NCBI RefSeq assembly: GCF_009834535.1
Contig: NC_045697.1
Location: forward strand, 26,910,001 to 26,974,000
Direction: 5' to 3'
Origin: Camelus ferus
Lineage: Eukaryota
Length of the DNA: 64,000 nt
Shown: piece by piece, positions 25,966 through 37,852 of the stretch
Layout: the number at the start of each line of letters is the position of its first letter
Position numbering within the stretch: position 1 is the stretch's first letter
Notes under the pieces: model-generated
Seen by the model: the letters and a program-made list of their open reading frames with translations, nothing else
The model's database searches: none
What the model was told of the DNA's origin: nothing
Made by a program: the position numbers and the translations under genes

Positions 25966-26854
25966 CCTGTTGGTTCTAGAAGTTTCTTTGGAGAACCCTG
26001 ATTAATACAGCCCTATTTAACATTTTACAGCAGTTCTACAAAGACTCATATAACTTTTTTGCTCACTCTAGACACCATGATCTCATCTCCAGTGGCAGTG
26101 GATTCTATCCACTGTAAACCTCTGTTTACCAGCACCTGGAACAGTTCTTCAACTCAGAACTTTATAAAGAAATCAGAAGAACTACCCGAGAGCAACACAT
26201 GTGATAAAACGAGAATGGTTTATAATTATCTGGCATATAATTTTATACAGCCACGTACACTATCCATCTGACTGTGACATTCGTTTCCAAATTGTTTTCC
26301 CAAAAATAGGAAATTAAATCTATCATGCTCAACTCCAGATTTCCTCTTGTGTCAGCCACACACTTACTGTCTAGTCTTGTGTGACCATATTGTTCTTGCC
26401 ATAAAGTAGCCCATGCTGGAGCGAGGGTGATTTCAGAACCCTTATTTCTAATTCATCAACATTCTCAGGTTCACTTCACACTTGCTTAAAGTTCACTGTG
26501 AGAACAGACTATTTTCATTTGATGCAGTTCAAGGAAATTGCATTTCTCGGGAGCCCATTGCCAAATGCTTGCCCCTGGCAACCTGTTTCCCTGGGAACAG
26601 TCTCTCCCTCTCTCTGCGGAGCTGTGTCTTGCTGTTGCTCTGTCTGCTGCCCCTGGTTCTGTACTGGCTACGCCACCGCCGTAGAAGGTTCTCATCACCA
26701 GCACTCATTTGGTGGAAACACATCTTTCAAATTAAGTTCAAATTAAAACCAGAGCACTCATGGCCTAGAAATGTGAATCTGTGATTAAATGGTACCATTT
26801 AATTCTACAATTGAGTGGGTCTCACAGTCTCATCACCACTGTTTCTCACTGAAA

Positions 26855-27075
26855 TACCTAACATTTACTAAGTATTTCCTGTGGTCCAGGCACTGCTCAA
26901 AGTACTTTATTCAAAGTACTAATTAGTTCTCCCAAGGAGACTTGGAGATTGGTGCTGTAATTAAGGCCATTTTACAGATGAGAGACCTGAGGCTTACAGA
27001 GGTTCTATAATGAATCTAGGGTCAGACAGTGGAGCAAGGACAGGCTTCAAAGCCCATATTCTTTACCACAATGTT
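26855..27075 (-). mobile_element. MIR SINE
   Basis: taacatttactaagta...ccaggcactgctc...ccattttacagatgagagacctgaggcttacagaggtt. Confidence 0.75.
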
Positions 27076-28234
27076 ACGGCCTCCAGAAAGAATATCGTGC
27101 CTGAGGGTCAGCTTTATCTTTATATACAGAGATTTTTATGTATTTTACAAATAATTATTTGTGGCTAAATAGGATTATATATTTTTAATTCATTATATGT
27201 AACAATGTCTACAGCAAAAAGGTTTTGACAGAAATTTATATTAAAAGAAAGAACTAGTTATTGTTTGGGGCTTTTTTTTAACATGAAATGAGGCCAAAAA
27301 AAAAAAAAATTAATGGCCAAGAAATAAGGGGCTAGGGAGAGTCAACTGTGTCAGAAAAGCATTGCAAGACAAGCTGCTGGACTTGAACAGAAAACTTAGC
27401 TCTGGGGTTCCTGGCTGCTGTGACCAAAAGAGGAACATAGCATATTTCACATCTTTCATCACTTGATAAAAAAGAATCAAGACAGTTCATGGAGAAAGAT
27501 ACAAATTTTATAATATTGAATTGTGAAAGGAACCTAGCCTATGTCTTTTTTTTTTTTTTTTTAATGACAGCTTGTGTCTTCAATTGCATTTTCAAGACAA
27601 AGCAGAAGATGTACACATATGAAGGTCAATGAGATGTTTGTCTTTGTAATTTTCCCACACAACCCCCCTCAGACAGTTTTTCTCACAGGCAGGGCCAATC
27701 ACATTTCCATTTAATGGGTGGCTCAGGCCTTAGGACTCACTTGTTTAAGCCTCTAGCTGTCATCTGACTCCAGGAAAACAGTAGGAGGAGACCTGGGCTC
27801 ACCCATCATGAACTCCTTACACCAGATTCTTTTTTTTTTTTTTTTTTAATTCCAAAGTCTTGGCTAACATAAGTGTTTTAAAATCAATGTCTGTTTTTTG
27901 TTGCTTTCAAATGTACTCATTTCATGAGATGTAAATCTTAGAGTTAATATTTTTGAACTAAAATGATGAAAGATTCCCCTTTTAGATCACTGATTTGAAG
28001 AATCTATTATTTAATTGTGGTGGCTAAGTATTTCCCTTCTGCCTAACCTTACAATAGCTCTCCTCGCTCCTCCAATTCTGCCTATTGTGAGTATGAAGTG
28101 AATTTCTGACCCAGTCCTTCAGGTTGGTAAGCTTGCTTGGCTTTTCATCCTCTTTCTCCAGAATAAACTCAATTCCTTTATCCTTTCTGTAAAGTCCTGT
28201 CTCCATGCTTTTACTCAGGATTGTAATTTTACTG

Positions 28235-28416
28235 CTGCTGCTCCAAGTATGGTCCCATACCAGCTGTAACTGTATCACTGGGGGCTGCTTGGAGATGCAG
28301 ATCCTATGGTCTCACCCCAGACCAATGGAATCAGAAACTAGGGTGGGGCCCAGCCTCACTGTGTTTGAACAAGCCCTCAGGTGATTCAGATGCATGCTTC
28401 AATTCAGCACCACTGC
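28235..28416 (+). mobile_element. MER5A (hAT-Charlie)
   Basis: gcttggagatgcagatcct...ccccagacc...gaatcagaaact.gggtggggcccagc...tgtgtttgaacaagccctcaggtgattc.gatgca...accactg. Confidence 0.8.
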
Positions 28417-28552
28417 CCCAGGCTTTCCTTTCTCAAGCTTTTTTTTTTCCTCCCCCGTTTTCTTAATCAGTGAGCAGCAAGTAACTGGAGCTAAGCCAGA
28501 TTGCAGACTGCATCCCCTTGTCAAAACTTGAAAGCTTCAGCAACCTTGGAAA

Positions 28553-29060
28553 TGTAAATGAAAAATGTTGCCTGACATATCAGTAAACAAAGGATGTTGC
28601 AGCCATCCGGCCACTACTACCGCTCCAACTGTGAGCCCTGAGGGAACTCAGGATGGAGCTGCCAAGCCCTCAGCCACTGCAGCCGCCCCCAGCGGTGCAT
28701 CCTCAGGGGACTCAGGATGGGAAAGAACAGGATATTGGCCCCAGGAGGCTAGGTGCATATCAAAGGAACGATTTCAGGGAGCCCAGATTCTTACATCTTC
28801 CCATACACAGAAAACTGCTAAATTCCTTAACCTCAGATATCTGGTTTTCTTTATTTAAGAGTCATCTTTTGATGGTCTAACTACCTGGCCTTTGTTGCAA
28901 AACCCCCCCATAGATCATGGCTCCTCCCTTACCTCTTTGGAGCAGTCCCTCACATCTACCTGATAAACCGCCTCTTGGGCTTGAAGTCCTGAGAAAGTCT
29001 GCCAAATAAAACATAATTCTCAGCTTTCAGGCTGTGCCTTTTTTTTTTTTCCAGTCAACA
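28553..29060 (+). mobile_element. ERV1-class solo LTR (508 bp, cetartiodactyl-type)
   Basis: TG...CA ends (tgtaaatg...gtcaaca), perfect 4-bp TSD gaaa (28549-52, 29061-64), AATAAA at 29005-29010, internal ~60-bp imperfect duplication in U3. Confidence 0.9.
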
Positions 29061-29105
29061 GAAATCAATTAAATCTCAACAGATACACGTGGGTAAATTG
29101 CTTCT

Positions 29106-29277
29106 CTTTTTTTCTTCTTTTTAAATTGAAATATAGTCAATTTACAATATTGTGTTCGTTACTGGTGTACAGCATAGTGATTCAGTTATACATACAGACA
29201 TACAGACACATATGTATTCCTTTTTCATATTCTTTTTCATTATGGACTATCACAAGGTATTGAATATAGTTCCCTGC
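29106..29277 (-). mobile_element. Short 5'-truncated L1 3' end
   Basis: Antisense L1 terminus ttgaaatatagtcaatttacaatattgtg...; perfect 14-bp TSD ggtaaattgcttct (29092-29105, 29278-29291). Confidence 0.9.
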
Positions 29278-31369
29278 GGTAAATTGCTTCTTTTAAAATC
29301 CCTTCTCATTAGTTTGGTTTTCCATTCACTCTAAGACTCCTACTGTTAGTTTCCAAATGTTCTGATCTGTCCTATATATCTTAAGTAATGAAGAAGCACA
29401 GAGCTAACAGCTCAGTTTCCCCCGGCAATCCTTCCAGTGGGAAAATAAAGAAAAATTACCTTCCCGAATTGTGTTTCGGGGCCCCAGGCTTGCTGTGCAG
29501 CACGTATTTTTCCATTTGCCTCTGGCTGTTAACCAAACTGCATGGAGAGGAGTGGCCCAGCCTTAGTCAGAAAGGGGGAGTGATGGCGTGTATTTCCCCC
29601 TCTCAAGAGGCAGAGTTCCTAGTCATCATCCATGCGCTTAGAAGGGCCATTTTAAAAATAAAAATAGCCTTGATTCTTGCCAAGGTTTAGAAAGCCGACT
29701 CAGAATTCTCAGACTTCATTTCAACTTTGTGACTAGTTGCCTTGTGTACTGCTCTTGACAAGTGGCTGACAAATGGGTGTTTTATGGACGCCGTGATGGA
29801 GAGATGGAGTGTTTTGCTTCATTGTGACTATGAGTGCATTATAAGTGAAACGCAGAGTGTGTACGTTTTAATCTCAATGAATTTCATTTCTTGAAATGAG
29901 GCTTAGAAAATCCAGATAGCCTTTCCCTAAAGAACAATGATTTTATATATAAATATATAGATATGGTTCCTACAGTTATACTTAAAAGTGAACTTAAACA
30001 GGATTTGCTTGGCAAGAAGGAGCATTAAGGATTCGGTGACCTGTGCTATTATTAATTGATGTTGTGTAGTCATTTTGTACAAAGTACTAATATTTGCCAA
30101 GCAGAGCAAGTGAGACTAACACTCAATTTTTAAAATATATATAAATAAGTATCAATAAATCACTCGTTATATGAGGGACCACAACTGCTGGAAGAGCCCA
30201 CTATGTATATTTCATGTTAATAGCTCCTTTTCACTCAGCCAATCACAAAACTTATCTGCTCTCTCTCCTCCTTGGCAAGAGATCTCCTTTGCCTCCTCAC
30301 TGAGAAAAAGAGCTCATCCACCATAAACCCCTGACCACCCCTACTCATCTCCACCTCAAAATATCTCCTTACCTCCATGTGGCCCACTTTGCTCAGGATC
30401 TTCTCTGCCAGCGACCCTTCTTTCTTCAATCCCTCCCTGTCTACTAATATCTCTACGTGGCTTACAAACTCACAGAGTCTCTCCCATCCGCCATTCTCAT
30501 TCTATTACTTTGGACACCAAGCAGGTTCAGACTCTCGTTTTCTTTCACTTGGACTCTTAACTAGTCCCTCCAGCTGCAGCCTTTTTCTTCTCGGCATTTT
30601 ACACCTGTTTACAAGGTAACAAAATTACCTTGTTAAAAGACCTATGTGACTTTGTTGGTCCCCTACTCAAAAACCCAGTGGTATCCAAAAAGAATTAGAA
30701 AAAATATTCTTAATGTGAATCTCAAAGTCCTCCACAATCCACCTCAAGACTCTGCTTTCCTTTTCAGTCTGGCTTCTACACACTTCTCTTTCCAGCTTGT
30801 AAGACTGCCTACCATTCCTTGAGCATCACTGCCCACCTTCAGACCTCTTGCCATTTCCCCATCTGCAGTGTCTTTTTTTGCTTATTGAAATTCTTGTCCA
30901 CAGTGTGCTTCCAGTTCAAATCAATGGCACCCACCTCTGGGCACCCGTTTTACACTTTTATTACAACACTGCTTTCCACGGTGGCTAGTTGTTTGTGCCT
31001 GAGATAAGGGACAATGTCCTTTTCATTTTTAAAAATCCTTCCCAGTGAAAAATATGGTAATTTACCAAAATTAGATGTTTATGCACTGAATTAACCAAAT
31101 GGATAATCCCAGAGGTATTACAGGGAAGAAAAGAATGTTAGCTCTTTTTTATAAGACATTTTCTTCTTCTGTAATATTACTTAAATGATTTCTTGATGGA
31201 TGAAAGTTCTCAATCCAAGTAATTAACCCCCTGGGAGAGAAGATTAGGCTGTTCACTTCTTCCCAGTCTTTCCACAGAATCACCAAGAACCAAGTTTACT
31301 GAAAGAAAAAGCACAAGGAAGCTTGCTAAGCCCACAGCACACCACTTCTGAGAGCTGCCATCTGTTCAC

Positions 31370-31690
31370 CCAACAGTATTTACTGAACCTTTATTATGTA
31401 CCAGGCACTCTTCTAGGCATGAGAATATGGTCATAAACAAGACAGGTGAGGACCCTGCTTCCTTGGAGCTTGTAATAGAGGAGGAAACAGATAATGAACA
31501 AGAAAATAAATGAATTTTTTAAAGGTCTTTTTAGCTAGTGATAAAATATAATTAGAAACAGTATCGCAAGGTATTGTAATAGGTATTTGGCTAATTTAGC
31601 TCAAAGGTCTAACTGAGGAGGTGACATGTGAACTGATGTCTGAATTTAGGATGACTGAATCAGTCATACGTGCAAAATCTAGGGACATCA
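31370..31690 (-). mobile_element. L2 3' fragment
   Basis: caacagtatttactgaacct..tatgtaccaggcactcttctaggc...ccctgcttccttggagctt...ctgaggaggtgacatgtgaactga. Confidence 0.75.
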
Positions 31691-32071
31691 AAAAAACTAC
31701 CCAACTATAAGCCAGGACTTTAGTGGGCCTATTCCAAGGGGAAGCAAACTCCTCGAAGTTATCCATTTTCCCCAGGGGAGATGACTTCTCCAAGGTTGAG
31801 GTCACTTTAGACCCAATTCAAAGTTCAAATTCTCTCTAAGGCAAAGCTAAAATGTATAGATCATCTTTGATATCCTATAGAAGTTACTTTCTACTTGTTT
31901 TTCTAATACACACACCCAAGATGGGGTTCACATTTGTGAAACATTCCTGTGGGCAGACCCAGGTATTCTTATGCCTGTAGCATAAAAGAGGTAAGTTTCA
32001 GGTCATGGGCCACTTGTGGAACTCTGCTTCAGAGATGTATATCAGAATGAATATAAGGATGTCACTGTTAG

Positions 32072-32320
32072 GAAAACAAACTAGCAGTTGCCAGAGAGGA
32101 GGGGCAAGAGGGTGATGGGTGAAACAGGTGAAGAGGATTAAGAGATACAAACTACCAGTTATAAAATGTATAAGTCACAGAAATGTAATGTACAGCAGGA
32201 GGAACAGAGTCAATGACATTGTAATATGTGGTATGTAATGTACAAAAGTATCAAATCACTACACTGTACTCCTGAAACTAACGTAACATTATAAGTCGAC
32301 TAGGCTTCAATTTGAAAAAC
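32072..32320 (+). mobile_element. 5'-truncated L1 3' end
   Basis: gatacaaactaccagttataaaat...atgtaatgtacagca...ctgtactcctgaaactaac; 16-bp TSD with 2 mismatches aggatgtcactgttag (32056-71) / agaatatcactgttag (32321-36). Confidence 0.85.
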
Positions 32321-33299
32321 AGAATATCACTGTTAGTAGCCCTAATAATTTTTCATTCACAAATGTTAACAGTTCCTTTTTCAGTAACTTTTGACATCTA
32401 GTGTCTGACCAAGTCATGATAATCAGAAGCCTGTAGAATTAGGTCCTCACTTGAGCCACCCATTCTTAAAAAACATTACCTACCATTGACTGCTGGCTCT
32501 TAACATGTGTGCTCTGTCCCAGTCACGCTCCAGAGCACAGCGGACAGGACTATGAACTTGAAGTTCTGGAAACTTGAGCTCAGATCCTTGTTCTGCCATA
32601 CACTTGCTATAGACATTCTCAGCCTGGGGAATAATAAGACCTAACTCATAACTTCATAGTAAGTGATATTACTACTGATAGAAATAAAAGCTTTGCTGTT
32701 ATTATTGCCAGGCTTCTAGTTGCCTCTTAAAAGCACCCTTCTCATTCACAACAGCAAGCATTACAGGAGGAAGCTGCTAACTCCATCTGGAAGGTCCTTT
32801 CCCACCCTTCCCCTCAATTTGTCCATTTAAATTCTTTTTAACCATCAGGGGCCAATTCAAGTTTTGCTTCCTTCTTCAACTACACTCAATCTTCTAATTA
32901 TTTCCATCTTCTCAGTGGTCTGTGAGCCCCAACTGACACTCCCAGGCTCTTGGTCCCCTCAAGTCTGCTTGCCTGTCCCATGTCCCGTCTCATCCAGCCT
33001 GTAACCTCAGAAAGGGCAAGAATCTTGCCCTTCATTTATTACACCTTCCCCTTCACTTAAGTGATAAATAAATAAACGAATTCCTATCCTCAGTGTAAAG
33101 TCTTCCCCTGTGACTCTAGTTCACGTCAATGGCACTCACTTCTATGAATCCATTTTATACTTATTTTTTAACAGCACCATCTTGCATCACAGTTGGTTCT
33201 ATATGCCTGAGATCAGGGGCACTTGTATTTAGGCAACCAAATGATAAGAATGAAGGAATCTTGTGGAGAGTGAGTTTAGAACCATGTAGAAGAGGGTTT

Positions 33300-33633
33300 T
33301 CTTTGAAGGATTACACATTTTTGAAAATGTGAGTTGCAGTCTAATAGTGGATCATGAAATCATTCTAATCTAGTGGATTACCACCAGCAATTTTCAGTGG
33401 AATAGAACTGAAGAGAACAAAAAAATAAAGGCATCAAGGTGGATTGCAGGTAATACAGTTAACAATTATTGGTGAAACACTGGACTCACTCCCAGAATGT
33501 CTGATTCCATAGGTCTGGGGTAAAGACAGATTTTCCATTTCTAAGAAGTGTGTGCATGTTTGTGTTTCAACAAGATCACAATGTAAAATAGGCTGCTTAC
33601 TGTAGATCACTGTCAAAGTTTGAGAAACATTGC
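33300..33633. mobile_element. Possible hAT-Charlie (Charlie4/MER5-like) remnant
   Basis: MER5-like core (ctcccagaatgtctgattccataggtctgggg) and hAT-like end aagtttgagaaacattg; family uncertain. Confidence 0.4.
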
Positions 33634-34544
33634 TCTATCTCATAGGTTAAAGAGTCAGGTCAAAGAGACACATTTTTATAATTTCACCCAAAGTACTCTG
33701 ACATACATTATCTCAAAATGTTTTAAAATCCTTGTCAGGCAGATAGGATTATTATATGATAAAGAATATTATTGTCATCATAGAATAAATTGGGGGCAAG
33801 GCATTTAAACACAAATCTACTGAACAGATCTTGGTTGAGCAGCCTGTTTGGCTTACCACAGGCACCCAGGTAGACAGCAATTGATTCAAAACCAGAACCC
33901 AGTTTCAAAACAGTTAAATTGTAATTTCTTCACTAATGAAATGAGTGCTTCCTAAGCAAATGCAAGTCATGTAAATCAAGAGTCTATTATCAAAAAATTC
34001 TAGAAAAAAATTTTAAATTTGTTATCAAAGAATCATGTTAATTCACACTACTTTTATTTATTTTTACTTATTTATTTTTTAAATTCACGCTACTTTTAAA
34101 CTGACTATGCCATGGAGGCTGTCATGGTCTCACATAAGCAACAACAAAAAGGGGCTGCAAATGATTAATTAACGCAGAGTGTACGATATTAGACATCCTC
34201 ATCTCACGATCCCAAAGGAAATAGTAAGTCTAGACAACAAATTGGCAGTGGTTGGTAAAATCACTCCGAAGAATAGGTGGATGCCACCCGAGCACTGGGC
34301 TGTCTCAGCAGCGCTAACATCAGGTCAGAGATTACATGCCCCAGGATATGATGCGGTAGGAAAGTGCAGCATCATCTGTGAAGTATTGTTGCCTAAAAAA
34401 AACATACACACACACAAACTGAACCTGAATGTAATCAAGACTCTAAATCTAATTGCTAGTTTATAGGAAATCCAATTGGAGAAGTGAAATGGAAACAGAA
34501 GGTGGCATTCAGCCTTCCAGGATGTGAGCTAGTCAGTAAGAGCC

Positions 34545-34702
34545 ATGCAGGTGAGATCCTGGAGAGCTTGTTAAAACACAGCTCTCTGGGCTGCATTCCC
34601 AGTGTCTGCTTCAGTAGGACTGGTGGGGCCTGAGAAATTTGTATTTCTCGCATGTTCCCAGGAGATGCCGAAGCTGTGGGTCCACACGTTGAAAACTACT
34701 GG
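34545..34702 (-). mobile_element. MER5A inside an older L1 3' UTR remnant
   Basis: cctggagagcttgttaaaacacag...cagtaggactggtggggcctgagaaatttgtatttct...gttcccaggagatgc...ccacacgttgaaaactactg. Confidence 0.8.
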
Positions 34703-34967
34703 TCTATAGGACAAACCACCCATCAGTGACATGAGAGAGGACCAGGATGTTACAGAAGAAAATAGGTTTAAAAGGCAGACAAACCCCAATGCAATATATA
34801 GACTTTATCTGGATCTTGATTTTAAAAAGCTGCAACCACATAAAAAAAAATTTTTTGAAACTGGTGAAATCTAAATATGGACTGAAGGTAGACTTAAGTT
34901 GATAAATTATACGATTCTTTTGAGCATAATAATAGCATGATGATTACATTAAAAGCTTTTTTTTAGA

Positions 34968-35292
34968 GGAGAGCTTGCCAAGATAAAGTGGAAGGAAAGG
35001 TAGCTCACCCTCTCCCACGTCAAATGAATACATACAGAACCATTCTCACAGAATACTTACTGAACTTTGGCAGAATATCTCTTACAATCAGAAATAAAGG
35101 AAAATCCTCACAAAACCAGATAAACAACAAGTTCATACTGTATGCACAGGGAGCTATTTCAATATCTCATAGCAACCTATAATGAAAAAGAATATGAAAC
35201 CAAATATATGTATGTATATGTATGACTGAAACATGCTGTACACCAGAAATTGACACAACACTGGAAACTGACTATACTTCAATTTAAAAAAA
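34968..35292 (+). mobile_element. ORF-less L1-derived retroposon: L1 5'-end-like segment (34968-35119) fused to an L1 3' terminus (35120-35292)
   Basis: 3' part matches the other L1 ends in this window (7348-7590; 36282-36547); 5' part resembles a recalled cetartiodactyl L1 5' UTR start (ccaagat...agctcaccctctcccac...attctcacagaatacttactgaac.ttggcagaa); junction ...aaccAG|ataaacaacaag. Confidence 0.7.
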
Positions 35293-36281
35293 TGTTTTAA
35301 GGTTAAAGGTACATGCTGAATTTTTTTGGTCTTGTTTTTGTTTTATTTGTTTGATAAAATGACAGGATTCCTACAGACAGATGAAATAAGATTATCAAAA
35401 TATTGATTATTGTTGAAACTTGATCATAGGTGTCTGGGGACTTGTTATATTAGTCCCTCTAATTTGGGTATTGTTTTAAAGTTTTCATGATGAGTTGGTT
35501 TTTTTTTTTTTTTCTTTTTTTTTTTAATGACCATTGCCTACATTAGACATCTCTACATTATAGAGAATTGCATTTTCCTTATCTTGAGATTAGCCTTCCA
35601 GTGGCCTCAACACTTCAAAAAATAAAACCTGACACTGGAAATAAAGATAAATTGCCCTTTGTGCTCCAGAAGTAGCTGTGATGAAACTCTACTAAAGCCA
35701 TGAAAAACCTTTAGATATCATTCAGACTTCCTGAACATACAGTTCTAAAAGGGTTGGTTGGTCTGGTTTCTAGTAAAGGAAGACTGTCAAAAATGGGTAT
35801 AGTGACAGCTGGAAAAGTAACAGCTCACAGCCTGACATTCCTAGAGCAGAGGAGAAATGTACAAACAAGTTGGATCAATACATTACACAGCGATAGATCA
35901 TTGACTAATTCATTAATAATGAATCATGAACTTTTTTTTAATCAATTACCATTCTAATTCCCTTACTTACATTGTTAATGCTCTTAATCCACATGAAAAC
36001 CCACTGAGATTGGCACTGTGGAAAGCTGCAGTTCACAGATAAAGAAACTGGAGCACAGAGAGGTTAGGTAACCTACCTAAGATCACAGAGCGGATGGCCT
36101 GTGCTCTTAACCACTTTCATTGCCACCTCATCCATAAAAGTTAAACAGAAGACAATGGGTGAAGTTTAAGAGATTATCTATGTGAAATGAAAGTATTAAA
36201 GACAGACATTTTTTCTGTTGAAATTTATTTAAAGAGTTTTAAAGATGGCTAAAGGGATAAACGTCTAATTGGAAGTCTTTC

Positions 36282-36547
36282 CTTCTTTAAATTTTTTTTA
36301 ATTGAGGTATAGTCAGTTTACAATGTTGTGTCAATTTCTGGTGTATAGCCCAATTCTTCAGTCATACGTTATATACATATATTCATTTTCATATTCTTTT
36401 TCACCATAAGCTACTACTAGATATTGAATGTATCTCCCTGTGCTATGCATTATAAACTTGCTTATCTATTTTATACATACCAGTCAGTATCTGCAAATCT
36501 CAAACTCCCGGTTTACCCTTCCCACCCCACCCCCCAGACCCGCCCCA
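36282..36547 (-). mobile_element. 5'-truncated L1 3' end (camelid-type)
   Basis: ttgaggtatagtcagtttacaatgttgtgtcaatttctggtgta...; 10-bp TSD gaagtctttc (36272-81, 36548-57). Confidence 0.88.
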
Positions 36548-36574
36548 GAAGTCTTTCTGAAGAAAGTATGTTAT

Positions 36575-36750
36575 GGTAGAAAGATCATGACTATGGAGTT
36601 AGAGGTACCTGGGCTCAGAGTTGGGCTCCATCTTTAATCAGCTGTGGGATCTTAGGCAAGTTACTTGACCTCTCTGATTCTTGGATTTCTCAGCTTTAAA
36701 GTGGAAGCAGTAATGCACAACATTCTCATAAGGATCAAATGAGTTAATGG
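36575..36750 (+). mobile_element. MIR SINE
   Basis: ctgggctcagag..gggctcca...agctgtgggatcttaggcaagttacttgacctctctg...aggatcaaatgagttaat. Confidence 0.75.
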
Positions 36751-37290
36751 CTTATAATTAGTTCATATTCCACCCCTTATGTGGGAAAACCAGTGGTGCT
36801 GGATAAATGAGCTGTTGCTTTATAATAGGTACAAATCACTGCAATTACTAAAAGATGAATCCCAGAATGATCCTAAATAAACTGTCCTTCTCCCAGAATT
36901 CAGACAAGTTAGCAGAGATGAGAGGGTGAAGGGTCCCTTCAAAAGATGGTTACGTGAAAAGCCTACAGAAATTTCTTATCCCCAAAGCATACCTGAAATC
37001 CTCCCAGAACTCTTCCAGGGGAATTCAAGGGATTCTGAGCACCCCAGAGGGTGGAAGCAAAGTCAGATAAGTCCTATTTTGTGGCCATGATTTTGGCCAG
37101 GTTATCACCAACTGCTAGAGCCTAGGAAATACAGATGACAAACACTTCCATGTGTAACTCAATATTTTCAATCAGGAAAGAAAGGTAATATTCAAATATT
37201 CCTTTTAATTAAAACCATTTAAATGTATTTTAGAATACTGTGTCAATTTACTACCATCTAAGGAGGATATTATGCAAGATATTAGGAGGA

Positions 37291-37852
37291 ATTTTTTTAA
37301 TTGAAGTGTAATTGATTTACAATATTGTGTTAGTTTCGTATGTACAGCATGGTGATTCAGGGTTTTCTCCCGCAGATTATATTCCATTTTAGGTCATTAC
37401 AAGATCGTGGATATAATTCCCTGTGCTATACAGTAAATCCTTGTTGCTCATTTATTTTATGTATGGTAGTTTGTGTCTGCTAATCCCATAGACCTAATTT
37501 GTCCCTCTCTCCTTTGGTAACCATAAATTTGCTTTCTCTCTGAGTCTGTTTCTGTTTTGTATATAGATTCCTTTGTATTACTTTTTAGATTACACATATA
37601 AGTAATATATAGTATTTATCTTTATATGACTTATTTCACTAAGCGTAATATTCTCTAGGTCTATCCATGTTGCTGCATTGGCATTTTCATTCTTTTTTAT
37701 GGCTGAAAAATATTCCATTGTGTGTGGAATGGACCATACCTTCTCAAGTTAATCGTCTACTGATAGGCCCTTGAGTTGTTTCCATGTCTTGGCTATTGTA
37801 AATAGTGCTGCTGTGAACACTGGGGTGCATTTATCTTTTCAGATTAGAGTTT
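37291..37852 (-). mobile_element. 5'-truncated L1 (3' UTR + end of ORF2)
   Basis: Antisense L1 motifs (ttccctgtgctatacagta, tccatgtcttggctattgtaaatagtgctgctgtgaacactggggtgcat); 9-bp TSD ttaggagga (37282-90, 37853-61). Confidence 0.88.

Larger units (their letters stand above)
24208..26009 (+). mobile_element. MLT2B (ERVL) solo LTR, split by an L1 insertion
   Basis: 5' piece tgatgactaagtttatgtgtcaa...tacagtacccag (24208-24299); 3' piece gattaacatttaaatcag...ctcttccctgggtctccagcct...ggagaaccctgattaataca (25626-26009). Confidence 0.85.
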
